Shown: positions 24,090-31,658 of the stretch, piece after piece
Numbering within the stretch: the first letter of the stretch is position 1
Layout: each line of letters opens with the position of its first letter
Assembly (NCBI GenBank): GCA_009840525.1
Contig: VXNP01000060.1
Coordinates: 2,683-34,682 of the forward strand
Direction of reading: 5' to 3'
Source: Gammaproteobacteria bacterium
GTDB taxonomy: Bacteria > Gemmatimonadota > Gemmatimonadetes > Longimicrobiales > Gaopeijiaceae
DNA: 32,000 nt
Translations under genes and position numbers: made by a program
The notes under the pieces: generated by a model
Told to the model about the DNA's origin: nothing
The model's database searches: none
The model's input: the letters and a program-made list of their open reading frames with translations, nothing else

Positions 24090-24189
24090 TACGGACTCTG
24101 CAAATGTCGCGCCGAGGGCGAGGTTTGGCAAATGCGTGTGCGACAAAACGACGAAAATCTGCGACGATTTTGTGTAGAGGCACGGCGTT
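24090..24189 (-). promoter_or_regulatory. Candidate promoter/operator region upstream of the Rieske operon
   Basis: On the minus strand, TTGACC (plus 24184-24189), a 17-nt spacer, then TACACA (plus 24161-24166). Downstream is an AT-rich segment with the inverted repeat AAAATC-tgcgac-GATTTT (24143-24160). GCGAC occurs twice. The direct repeat GCAAATG occurs at 24090-24096 and 24118-24124. Confidence 0.3.
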
Positions 24190-24195
24190 CGGGGG

Positions 24196-25248
24196 TCAAC
24201 ACGGTCCTTCTCCCTTACCCGCATGCGATGCCTGCGTGGTCGCTTTGGGCTTCAGGACGACGACGGGAACTCCGCTCGACTCGTTTTCCGGCAGGGGAGA
24301 CTTGCCCAGCTTCTGCCCCATCGCCTTCACGCTCTTGAGTCCGGCCAGTTCCTCGGCACCGGCGATCGCCTCGTGATCCGCATCGTAGTAGTCGAACCAC
24401 GGTAGTCCGGCCTTGGCATACTGTCTTGCCGTCGGCGGGACGGTGGGAGGATGCTCTCCGGTAATGGCCATCCACTGTGCCGAGTTCGCCATCGTGACGA
24501 AGCATCGGCTGCCGTGCTCCTGGTCCCAGACGTCCAGTCCATGAGGATCGTCGTAGATCTCCTGGCGCATGCGGCCGCCGGGGGCCAGACCCATCTCCTT
24601 GGCGGGCGGGCTGCAGACCATATCGAACCCGTCGGGCGGTGGCGAACGCCGCATCTCGTCCGCCAACGACTCTTCGTACCTCCTCAGCAACTCGTCGAAG
24701 ACCTTCCGCTTCATCGGGTACGCCGCAATCTGGAGCCCACCGTGCACCGCTTCGCCGGTGAGCTGTTCCTCGGCCGTGTATCCATCGCCCAGCGGCATCG
24801 CTACGAACTGCCGGATGACGCCCTCCTCGACGCAGTAGCCGTCCAGCCACGGCTGCTCGGGCAGCACGACATAGTTCTGCGGATCCTGGCTCAGGCCTTC
24901 TTCCCACGGCTGACCGCTGATCGCGCAGATCTTTCCAGTGGCGATCTTCACGGCCACCGGGTATGGGTGCCTGAAGCGCTCGTCGTATCCCACATCGAAG
25001 CTGATCCAGAGTGCCTCGGCCTGGTGAATCGGCATCACGACACCGCCGCGACGCACCATCTCGCGCTTAAGGCGATCCTCGAAGTCGTCGAGGTGGCGCA
25101 GCGGAAACCGCCCCAGCCCCGGCGGCAGGTAGTAGGTCCGGTCATCGTCCGGAATCCGCAGGGTTCTCTGGAACTCGATGCTGCACCGGGCGTCGGCATG
25201 TACGTCCGGGAACCGGAACGTCAACTGATCGTGCTCGAGTGTGATCAT
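24196..25248 (-). CDS. Conserved-looking hypothetical protein (350 aa), family not recognised
   Basis: In track ORF 24196..25269 (TTG start) I prefer the ATG at 25248, with AGGAG 11 nt upstream. It has no TM segment or signal peptide. Distinctive blocks: FQRTLRIPDDDRTYYLPPGLGRFPLRHLDDF, PQNYVVLPEQPWLDGYCVEEGVIRQFVAMPLGDGYTAEEQLTG, and AGLPWFDYYD. It lies 32 nt downstream of the XRE gene stop. Confidence 0.6.
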   Translation of the reverse strand: MITLEHDQLTFRFPDVHADARCSIEFQRTLRIPDDDRTYYLPPGLGRFPLRHLDDFEDRLKREMVRRGGVVMPIHQAEALWISFDVGYDERFRHPYPVAVKIATGKICAISGQPWEEGLSQDPQNYVVLPEQPWLDGYCVEEGVIRQFVAMPLGDGYTAEEQLTGEAVHGGLQIAAYPMKRKVFDELLRRYEESLADEMRRSPPPDGFDMVCSPPAKEMGLAPGGRMRQEIYDDPHGLDVWDQEHGSRCFVTMANSAQWMAITGEHPPTVPPTARQYAKAGLPWFDYYDADHEAIAGAEELAGLKSVKAMGQKLGKSPLPENESSGVPVVVLKPKATTQASHAGKGEGPC

Positions 25249-25280
25249 TGCGTTTGGTGCTCCTGTCAAAGGGTGAGTGT

Positions 25281-25634
25281 CTACCAGTCTCCGTCCCGCA
25301 CGACCCGCACGACCCGGAAGATCGCTTCGTCCGGCGCCTCCCGGAGTTGCCGGATCAAATCCGCGAAGAGCTTCGGTCTCTTTCGGATGATCTCCTGCAG
25401 ATCGCTCGAAACCTTTCCCGCCATCGCCAGGAAGACGTCCGGATCCTGACCCAGCTCGCGGGCGAGCCGCACCGTGGTGGCCTCCGAGGGCGGCGCAACC
25501 ACGCCGCGCTCGATCTTGCTCAGGTAGGCCGGCTCCACCCCCACGCGCCGAGCGACCTGGCGCAGGGAAAAACGTCGATCGCTCTCACGGAGTCGTTCGC
25601 GGATCTGTCTTGCCGTCGTACCGAATTGGGGCAT
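25281..25634 (-). CDS. XRE-family helix-turn-helix transcriptional regulator
   Basis: Track ORF 25281..25745. HTH: RFSLRQVARRVGVEPAYLSKIERG. I prefer the ATG at 25634 because the candidate -10 sits at 25667-25672, which excludes the ATG at 25664 and anything upstream of it. The C-terminal helical extension is ~60 aa. Confidence 0.8.
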   Translation of the reverse strand: MPQFGTTARQIRERLRESDRRFSLRQVARRVGVEPAYLSKIERGVVAPPSEATTVRLARELGQDPDVFLAMAGKVSSDLQEIIRKRPKLFADLIRQLREAPDEAIFRVVRVVRDGDW

Positions 25635-25666
25635 CGCAAGTCGGAGGTGTGAGTAGTGTGTCATAC

Positions 25667-25700
25667 ATAGTACACGCTCATAGGTGGTTCGGCAACCACC
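25667..25700 (-). promoter_or_regulatory. Candidate promoter of the XRE gene with a perfect palindrome over the -35
   Basis: On the minus strand, TTGCCG (plus 25690-25695), a 17-nt spacer, then TACTAT (plus 25667-25672). A perfect inverted repeat GGTGGTT-cggc-AACCACC (25683-25700) is centred on the -35 hexamer. The surrounding patch is locally AT-rich. Confidence 0.4.
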
Positions 25701-25875
25701 CAGCGGGTTGAGTGCGAACCCGAACGACAGCTGGCGCTGTCTCAACGCTCGCGAAGATGGGCCGGATCACCCGCGGAGATGTTGCCTGAACGTCACGCCG
25801 AACTCACCGTGGATGTTCAGCCGCTACGCTTGTGGAAGCGGCTGGCGAGACCGGCTTGACCGCACGAGGTGATCC

Positions 25876-27552
25876 ATGTCCGAAATGAATCGACGCACGT
25901 TTCTCGGCACCGGCGCGGCAGCCGGCGCTCTGGTCGCGCTCGGGGGCTGCGAGGCTCCGGGCGGCGACTCTGGTCTGGGGCGCGGTGGAGCGGGGCAGGA
26001 GAGCACCCCGGGCAGTGTGCCGGACTTCGCCCTCGACGAGATCACGATCGACGAAGTCCACGAGGGCATGCGGACGGGAGAGTACACCTGCCGCTCGATC
26101 ACGGAGATGTACCTCGACCGCATCGAGGCGCTGAACCGGCAGGGGCCGCGGCTGTTCGCGGTGCTCGAGGTGAACCCGGACGCCCTCGAGATCGCCGACG
26201 CGCTCGACCGCGAGTTCCAGGCCTCGGGGCCCCGGGGGCCGCTGCACGGCATCCCCCTTCTCCTGAAGGACAACATCGATACGGCGGACGGGATGACGAC
26301 CACCGCTGGCTCGACGGCGCTGCTTGGGTCGATCGCGCCGCAGGACGCCTTCGTGGCCGCGCGGCTGCGCGAGGCGGGCGCGCTGCTGCTCGGCAAGGCG
26401 AACATGAGCGAGTGGGCGGGCTGGAAGTCGTTCGAGTTCGGGGCGTCCGGCTGGAGCGGCCGCGGCTGGGACGGCGGCCGGGGCGGCTTCTGCAAGAACC
26501 CCTACGCGCTCGACCGCACCCCGGGCGGATCCAGCTCGGGGTCCGGGGCGGGCGCGGCGGCCAACCTGGCGGTCGCGACGATCGGCTCCGAGACCGACGG
26601 CTCGATCGTCGGCCCGTCCTCGCGCAACTGCCTTGTCGGCATCAAGCCCACGATCGGCCTGCACAGCCGGGGCGGGGTCATCCCCATCGCCCACAGCCAG
26701 GACAGCACCGGCCCGATGGCTCGCACCGTGCGCGACGCAACGATCATGCTCGGGACGATGGTCGGCGTCGACCCTCGCGACCCGCTCACCGCCGCGAGCG
26801 CGGGCAACTTCCTCACCGACTACACCGGCGCGCTGGACCCCGCCGGCCTCGGCGGCGCCCGGGTCGGCGTGCTGCACGAGTACGCCGGTTTCGACAGCCG
26901 CGTCGACGCGCTGTTCGAGGAGGCGCTCGACGTCATGCGCGCGGAAGGCGCGACGGTGGTCGATCCGGTCACGCTCCCCGGGGAGCTGCGCTTCGGCAAC
27001 GAGTACGAGATGGAGGTGCTGTACCACGAGTTCAAGGCCGATCTGAACGCCTATCTCGCATCGCTCGGCCCCGACGCGCCGATCAAGTCGCTCGCCGAGC
27101 TCATCGAATACAACGAGGCGAACGCTGATCTGGAGCTGGCCCTCTACGGGCAGGAGCTCCATGTGCGCTCCCAAGAGCGGGGGCCGCTGACCGACCAGCG
27201 CTACATCGACGCGCTGGCCACCAGCCATCGGCTCTCGCGCGACGAGGGGATCGACCGCGCGATGGACGAGCACGAGCTGGACGCTCTCGTGGGGATCACG
27301 TCGGGGATTCCCGCCATGCAGGATCCGCTGGACGCGTCGGGCGGAGGCGGGGGCGGATGCTCGACCCCCCCGGCCATGGCGGCCTATCCCAACATGTCGG
27401 TGCCCATGGGGTTCATCCACGGGCTGCCGATCGGGATGTCGCTCTGCGGCCGCGCCTGGAGCGAGGCGACGCTGATCCGGCTCGCGTATGCGTTCGAGCA
27501 GGCGACGAACGTGCGGCAGCCGCCGACGTTTCAGGCGACGGTGCGGGTGTGA
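25876..27552 (+). CDS. Tat-exported lipoprotein amidase (amidase-signature family)
   Basis: Track ORF, 558 aa. GAGGTG lies 4 nt before the ATG. Twin-arginine signal NRRTFLGTGAAAGALVALGGC with a lipobox. AS signature GGSSSGSGAGAAANLAVATIGSETDGSIVGPS and the LLLKDNIDT block. Confidence 0.9.
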   Translation: MSEMNRRTFLGTGAAAGALVALGGCEAPGGDSGLGRGGAGQESTPGSVPDFALDEITIDEVHEGMRTGEYTCRSITEMYLDRIEALNRQGPRLFAVLEVNPDALEIADALDREFQASGPRGPLHGIPLLLKDNIDTADGMTTTAGSTALLGSIAPQDAFVAARLREAGALLLGKANMSEWAGWKSFEFGASGWSGRGWDGGRGGFCKNPYALDRTPGGSSSGSGAGAAANLAVATIGSETDGSIVGPSSRNCLVGIKPTIGLHSRGGVIPIAHSQDSTGPMARTVRDATIMLGTMVGVDPRDPLTAASAGNFLTDYTGALDPAGLGGARVGVLHEYAGFDSRVDALFEEALDVMRAEGATVVDPVTLPGELRFGNEYEMEVLYHEFKADLNAYLASLGPDAPIKSLAELIEYNEANADLELALYGQELHVRSQERGPLTDQRYIDALATSHRLSRDEGIDRAMDEHELDALVGITSGIPAMQDPLDASGGGGGGCSTPPAMAAYPNMSVPMGFIHGLPIGMSLCGRAWSEATLIRLAYAFEQATNVRQPPTFQATVRV

Positions 27553-27578
27553 GGGGAGGCGATTGACGACCTGCAAAC

Positions 27579-27611
27579 GGGAAAATCGAAAGTTGCGCTT
27601 TTGATTTTCCC
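27579..27611 (+). terminator. AT-rich hairpin downstream of the amidase (possible intrinsic terminator without a U-tract)
   Basis: GGGAAAATCGAAA-gttgcgc-TTTTGATTTTCCC forms a 13-bp stem with one G-U pair. It starts 27 nt after the amidase stop. No T-run follows it, so terminator function is uncertain. Confidence 0.4.
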
Positions 27612-27642
27612 GGTTGGGCGCACCCAGGGAGGGAGCTACACG

Positions 27643-27758
27643 GTGACTCGCTTGGAGCCGGTTCACCCCGGCGAAGTCCTGAAGCACGGTTTCGGGCGCA
27701 GCAAGACGCTGAGGTAGGGGCCCCGAGGGTGGACATCCCTCGAGGCTCTTGTGATTAA
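27643..27758 (+). pseudogene. Decayed HigA/VapI-type antitoxin (HTH) relic
   Basis: A GTG at 27643 is preceded by AGGGAGGGAG. The frame reads VTRLEPVHPGEVLKHGFGRSKTLR*, and its start resembles the HigA N-terminal ..IHPGEIL.EEF.. block. A shifted frame continues ..AQQDAEVGAPRVDIPRGS.., which is faintly HTH-like (LSQ.ELA..LGV.R..I). No toxin partner is adjacent. Confidence 0.4.
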
Positions 27759-27843
27759 GACTGCAGGGAGTCGGCGGCGTGGTCACGGCCTCTACGCCGA
27801 CACCCCCGAAACAGCCCCGACCGCCGGCTCGTAGGCTGGCCCT

Positions 27844-28761
27844 ATGCAAGCCGGTACAGCGCATAGCCCTGCCCTCGCCAGCCTCTCGCGCGTAACACAT
27901 CGATACGGAACGGTGCTGGCGCTGGACGATCTGGATCTGGCGGTCCGGCGTGGCGAGGTGCTGGGAGTGCTCGGTCCCAACGGCGCCGGGAAGACCACCG
28001 CCATCAGTCTGCTCCTCGGGAGCCTGCAGGTGCAGGAGGGCGCGGCGAGCGTCTTCGGCTTCGCTCCGGGAGCACCGGAAGTGCGGGTGCGCCGGGGGGC
28101 GATGCTCCAGATCTCGGGCATCTCCGCGAATCTGACCGTCCGCGAGCACATCGAACTCTTCCGCGCCTACTACCCGGCACCGATCCCGGCCGCGCGCCTG
28201 CTCGCAATGGCGGGCCTCGAGGATCTCGCCCGGCGCAGGTACGGGAAGCTCTCCGGAGGCCAGAAGCAGCGGGTGATGTTCGCGCTGGCGCTGGCGGGCG
28301 ATCCGGAACTCCTGTTCCTGGACGAACCCACCACGGGGCTCGACATCGATGCCCGGCACCGGCTGTGGAGCGAGATCCGGGCGCTCAGAGAGTCCGGACG
28401 CACCACGGTCCTCACGACGCACAACCTGGACGAGGCCGACGCACTGGCGGACCGCGTGGTGGTGATCCACAACGGGCGGCGGATCGCGGAGGGCACCCCG
28501 GCGGAGATCAAGTCGCGCACGGCGGGCCGTCTGGTGCGCTGCGTCACCCGGATCGCGCCCGACGAGGTGGCGAGCCTGCCGGGCGTGGTCGAGGCCAGGG
28601 CGCGGGGACAGCATCTGGAGGCGCTGACGACGCAGCCCGAGGCCCTGGTCCGGGTGCTGCTCGCACGTGACGAGGCGCTGGCGGATCTCACGGTCGTGGC
28701 CGCGGGGCTCGAAGAGGCGTTTCTCGCGCTCACGCGGGATGGGGAGGAGGACGCGGCATGA
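27844..28761 (+). CDS. ABC transporter ATP-binding protein (ABC-2/DrrA-like)
   Basis: Track ORF, 305 aa. Walker A GPNGAGKTT, signature LSGGQKQRV, Walker B LLFLDEPTTGLD, H-loop TTHNLDEA. Confidence 0.92.
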   Translation: MQAGTAHSPALASLSRVTHRYGTVLALDDLDLAVRRGEVLGVLGPNGAGKTTAISLLLGSLQVQEGAASVFGFAPGAPEVRVRRGAMLQISGISANLTVREHIELFRAYYPAPIPAARLLAMAGLEDLARRRYGKLSGGQKQRVMFALALAGDPELLFLDEPTTGLDIDARHRLWSEIRALRESGRTTVLTTHNLDEADALADRVVVIHNGRRIAEGTPAEIKSRTAGRLVRCVTRIAPDEVASLPGVVEARARGQHLEALTTQPEALVRVLLARDEALADLTVVAAGLEEAFLALTRDGEEDAA

Positions 28762-28795
28762 CCGGCGGCGCGGCAACGACTGGCGAGGGCGTGGA

Positions 28796-29644
28796 ATGAG
28801 CGGGAAGGCGGCAGACGCCGCAGCCCCTGCCGAGGGCGCTTCGATGCAAGCTCGCGACACCCATCGCATGACCCCTGCCCGCCGCTTCCGCATCTACCTG
28901 CTGGAAGCCCGCTTCCAGTTCGTGGAGGTGTTGCGGGAGCCCATGTTCGCCATCCCCACGCTGGCGTTCCCGCTCATCTTCTATCTGTTCTTCGGCGTGA
29001 TCATGGGCGCCCGCGGGGTGTCGCTGGCCGTGCCGACCTACGTGCTGGCGACCTACGGGGTCTTCGGCGTCCTCGGGCCGGCGCTCTTCGGCTTCGGAGC
29101 CGGGCTCGCGAACGAGCGCGACACCGGTGTCCTGCTTCTGAAGCAGACCACGCCCATGCCGGCGGGCGCCTACCTGTTTGCCAAGGTCATGGCGGCGCTG
29201 ATCTTCGGCGCGGTCGTCGTGGCGGCGCTGTTCCTGATGGCCGCCCACGCGGCGGGGGTGGCGCTCTACCGCTGGCAGTGGTTCGCGCTGGCCGCGGTGC
29301 TGCTCGCGGGCGTGATCCCGTTCTGCGCCCTGGGGCTGGCGATCGGCGCATGGGCCAGGGGACGCTCGGCCGTCGCCGTGGTCAACCTCGTCTTCCTGCC
29401 CATGGCCATGCTCTCCGGGCTCTGGCTCCCCATCTACATGTTCCCGGATGTCATGCAGGACATCGCGCTCGCGCTTCCCGCCTATCACCACGCGCAGCTC
29501 GCGCTCAGGGTCATCGCGATGGATGCCGGGCAGCCGGTCCCGATGCACCTGGCGGTTCTGGCGGGCGAAACGCTCGTCTTCCTCGCCGTGGCGGCGCTCG
29601 GGTTCCGCCGCGCGGACAGTTTCTCGATGAGGAGATCCCGATGA
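28796..29644 (+). CDS. ABC-2 type transporter permease
   Basis: In track ORF 28667..29644 I prefer the ATG at 28796, the first ATG after the ATPase stop. Six hydrophobic segments. Its stop overlaps the next ATG (ATGA at 29641-29644). Confidence 0.75.
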   Translation: MSGKAADAAAPAEGASMQARDTHRMTPARRFRIYLLEARFQFVEVLREPMFAIPTLAFPLIFYLFFGVIMGARGVSLAVPTYVLATYGVFGVLGPALFGFGAGLANERDTGVLLLKQTTPMPAGAYLFAKVMAALIFGAVVVAALFLMAAHAAGVALYRWQWFALAAVLLAGVIPFCALGLAIGAWARGRSAVAVVNLVFLPMAMLSGLWLPIYMFPDVMQDIALALPAYHHAQLALRVIAMDAGQPVPMHLAVLAGETLVFLAVAALGFRRADSFSMRRSR

Positions 29645-31461
29645 AGAGTGCACGTCATCTCGTTGGCCGCAGCCTGACCTGGCTCGTGGTCGGGGTCGCG
29701 GTCTTCACCGGCGTGCTCGCAACGCTGCCGGTGCCGGAGGCCGCGGAGGGCCCGGCCCGGGGCGTTCCCGAGGAAACGTTCGCGATCGTCGACGTCACGG
29801 CGTTCGACGGCGAGGCCTTCCGGCAGGGATGGGACGTGTGGGTCGAGGACGGGAGGATCCGGCACGCCGGCCAGAGGCTGGACCTGCCCGAGGAGCTCCC
29901 GCGCGTGGACGGGCGGGGCCACACGCTGATCCCGGGGCTCGTCGACGGCCACGTGCACAGCTTCCTCTCCTCGCTGAGAGACGCGCTCCGCTTCGGGGTG
30001 ACGACGGTGCTGGACCAGTCCACGGACCCGGCCTTCGCCGCGGCGATGCGGCCCGCGCGCGAGGAGGTGGCGCGCGGCGCCCAGGCGGACCTCTTCTCCG
30101 CCGGCATGACCGCGACCGCCCCGGACGGGCACGGCACGCAGTACGGGATGCCCGTGGAGACGCTGACCGGCCCGGACGAGGCCGCTCGGTGGGTGAGGGC
30201 GCGCAAGGCCGAGGGCTCCGACTGGATCAAGATCATCTACGAGGACGGCAGCGCCTTCGACATGGAGATCGCGTCGCTCGATGGGGAGACGGTCGCCGCG
30301 GTCATCGCGGCCGCGCACGCGGAGGGACTCGCAGCCGTGGTGCACGTGAGCACCCTCGAAACCGCTCTCGAGGCGATGGCCTTCGGTGCCGACGGGCTGG
30401 TGCACGTGTGGCGCGACGAGGTCGTCTCTGAGGAGGATGCCCGGCGCTTCGCGGAGGCGGACATCTTCGTGGTCCCGACGCTCTCGGTCATGGCTTCAGC
30501 CGATGACCCCGCGGTGGCGGAACTGGTGCGCGACACCGACGACGCGATGCTCTCGCCAATCCAGCGGCAGACGCTCGACGGTCGCTTCCCGGGCGGGCTC
30601 GGGGAGGGCGGAGACGTGGCGATGGAGAACGTCCGCAGGCTGCGCGCAGCCGGAGTGCGGCTGATCGCGGGCACGGACGCCCCGAACCCGGGCACCGGGG
30701 CGGGAATCTCCATGCACGGGGAGCTGCGTCTGCTCGCGCGCGCCGGCATGGGAAGCGCGGAGGCGCTGGCGGCTGCGACTTCGGTGGCGGCGGACGCATT
30801 CGGCGTCGCGGAGCGCGGCCGGATCGCCGAAGGCCATCTCGCCGACCTGGTGCTGGTGCGCGGCGACCTCGAGGAAGACGTGTCGCGCAGCCACGACATC
30901 GTCGGGATCTGGAAGGATGGGTACGTCGTGGATCGTGCAGCCGCCTCCGCAGGGGCCGGGCCGCAGGCCGAGATTGCGCGCGCACCCGCGGAAACCCTGG
31001 TCGCGGACTTCGAGGACGGGTTCGAGGCGAGCTTCGGCGCATGGGACGTGACGACGGACCAACTGACCGGGGGCTCCTCCACCGCCAGCGTAGCTGTGCG
31101 CGACGGCGCGCTCGTGGTCACCGGCGAGATCGCCCCGGGAGTCCCCTTCCCCTGGGCGGGCGTGATCTGGATGCCCGGCGCGCAGCCCATGCAGCCCGTG
31201 GACTTCTCCGGCCGCGAGGCCATCCGCTTCCGGACGCGCGGGGATGGGCGGCAGTACTCCGTGATGCTGATCGGCAGCGCGGAGCCGGCCGGGCCGCCGC
31301 CCACCGTGACGTTCATCGCGCCGGAGGATTGGATGCAGGTGGAGATCCGGCTGGAGGACTTCCCGACAGCCACGCCGGAAATCATTGCGGGACTGGCGTT
31401 TGTGTCGGAGGGGCCGGTGGGGGGTTTCTTTTTCGAGTTGGATGAGGTCGAGGTTAGGTGA
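29641..31461 (+). CDS. Secreted metal-dependent amidohydrolase fused to a C-terminal CIA30-like domain
   Basis: This is the C-terminal 606 codons of track ORF 29278..31461, from the ATG at 29641, with GAGGAG 6 nt upstream. N-terminal signal/anchor: LTWLVVGVAVFTGVLATLPVPEA. Amidohydrolase motifs: LIPGLVDGHVHS (HxH), AVVHV, IAGTDAPNPG and ADLVLV. The tail carries CIA30-like blocks DQLTGGSSTASV and IRFRTRGDGRQYSVML. Confidence 0.8.
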   Translation: MKSARHLVGRSLTWLVVGVAVFTGVLATLPVPEAAEGPARGVPEETFAIVDVTAFDGEAFRQGWDVWVEDGRIRHAGQRLDLPEELPRVDGRGHTLIPGLVDGHVHSFLSSLRDALRFGVTTVLDQSTDPAFAAAMRPAREEVARGAQADLFSAGMTATAPDGHGTQYGMPVETLTGPDEAARWVRARKAEGSDWIKIIYEDGSAFDMEIASLDGETVAAVIAAAHAEGLAAVVHVSTLETALEAMAFGADGLVHVWRDEVVSEEDARRFAEADIFVVPTLSVMASADDPAVAELVRDTDDAMLSPIQRQTLDGRFPGGLGEGGDVAMENVRRLRAAGVRLIAGTDAPNPGTGAGISMHGELRLLARAGMGSAEALAAATSVAADAFGVAERGRIAEGHLADLVLVRGDLEEDVSRSHDIVGIWKDGYVVDRAAASAGAGPQAEIARAPAETLVADFEDGFEASFGAWDVTTDQLTGGSSTASVAVRDGALVVTGEIAPGVPFPWAGVIWMPGAQPMQPVDFSGREAIRFRTRGDGRQYSVMLIGSAEPAGPPPTVTFIAPEDWMQVEIRLEDFPTATPEIIAGLAFVSEGPVGGFFFELDEVEVR

Positions 31462-31658
31462 GGTCGCGTCAGGGACCCACCGACCGCGTTCACGGGCTTC
31501 GTCCAGTCCGTCGATGAAGAGTGTCTCGGCACGCCACACGCAGGCGTGTTCGGAGCGGAATTCGGCCAGCGGGGCGGAGCGGCACATGCCGGATCGCCTT
31601 AGTTTCCACGCGAAGGAACCCCCATTGCTTCTCAACTCCGGGAGTTGGCCGCGCAGCC

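Noticed and set aside
28758-28799. 13-codon ORF (MTGGAATTGEGVE) with ATGA overlaps at both ends, bridging the ABC ATPase stop and the permease start
   Set aside because: The geometry is striking, but the ORF is very short and Gly/Ala/Thr-rich, as expected from random GC-rich sequence. The gap is more simply read as a 34-nt intergenic spacer, and I have no independent evidence for the ORF.
29278-29640. N-terminal extension of track ORF 29278..31461
   Set aside because: It overlaps the ABC-2 permease in another frame. The amidohydrolase has an ATG at 29641 with GAGGAG at ideal spacing, followed immediately by a signal/anchor sequence.
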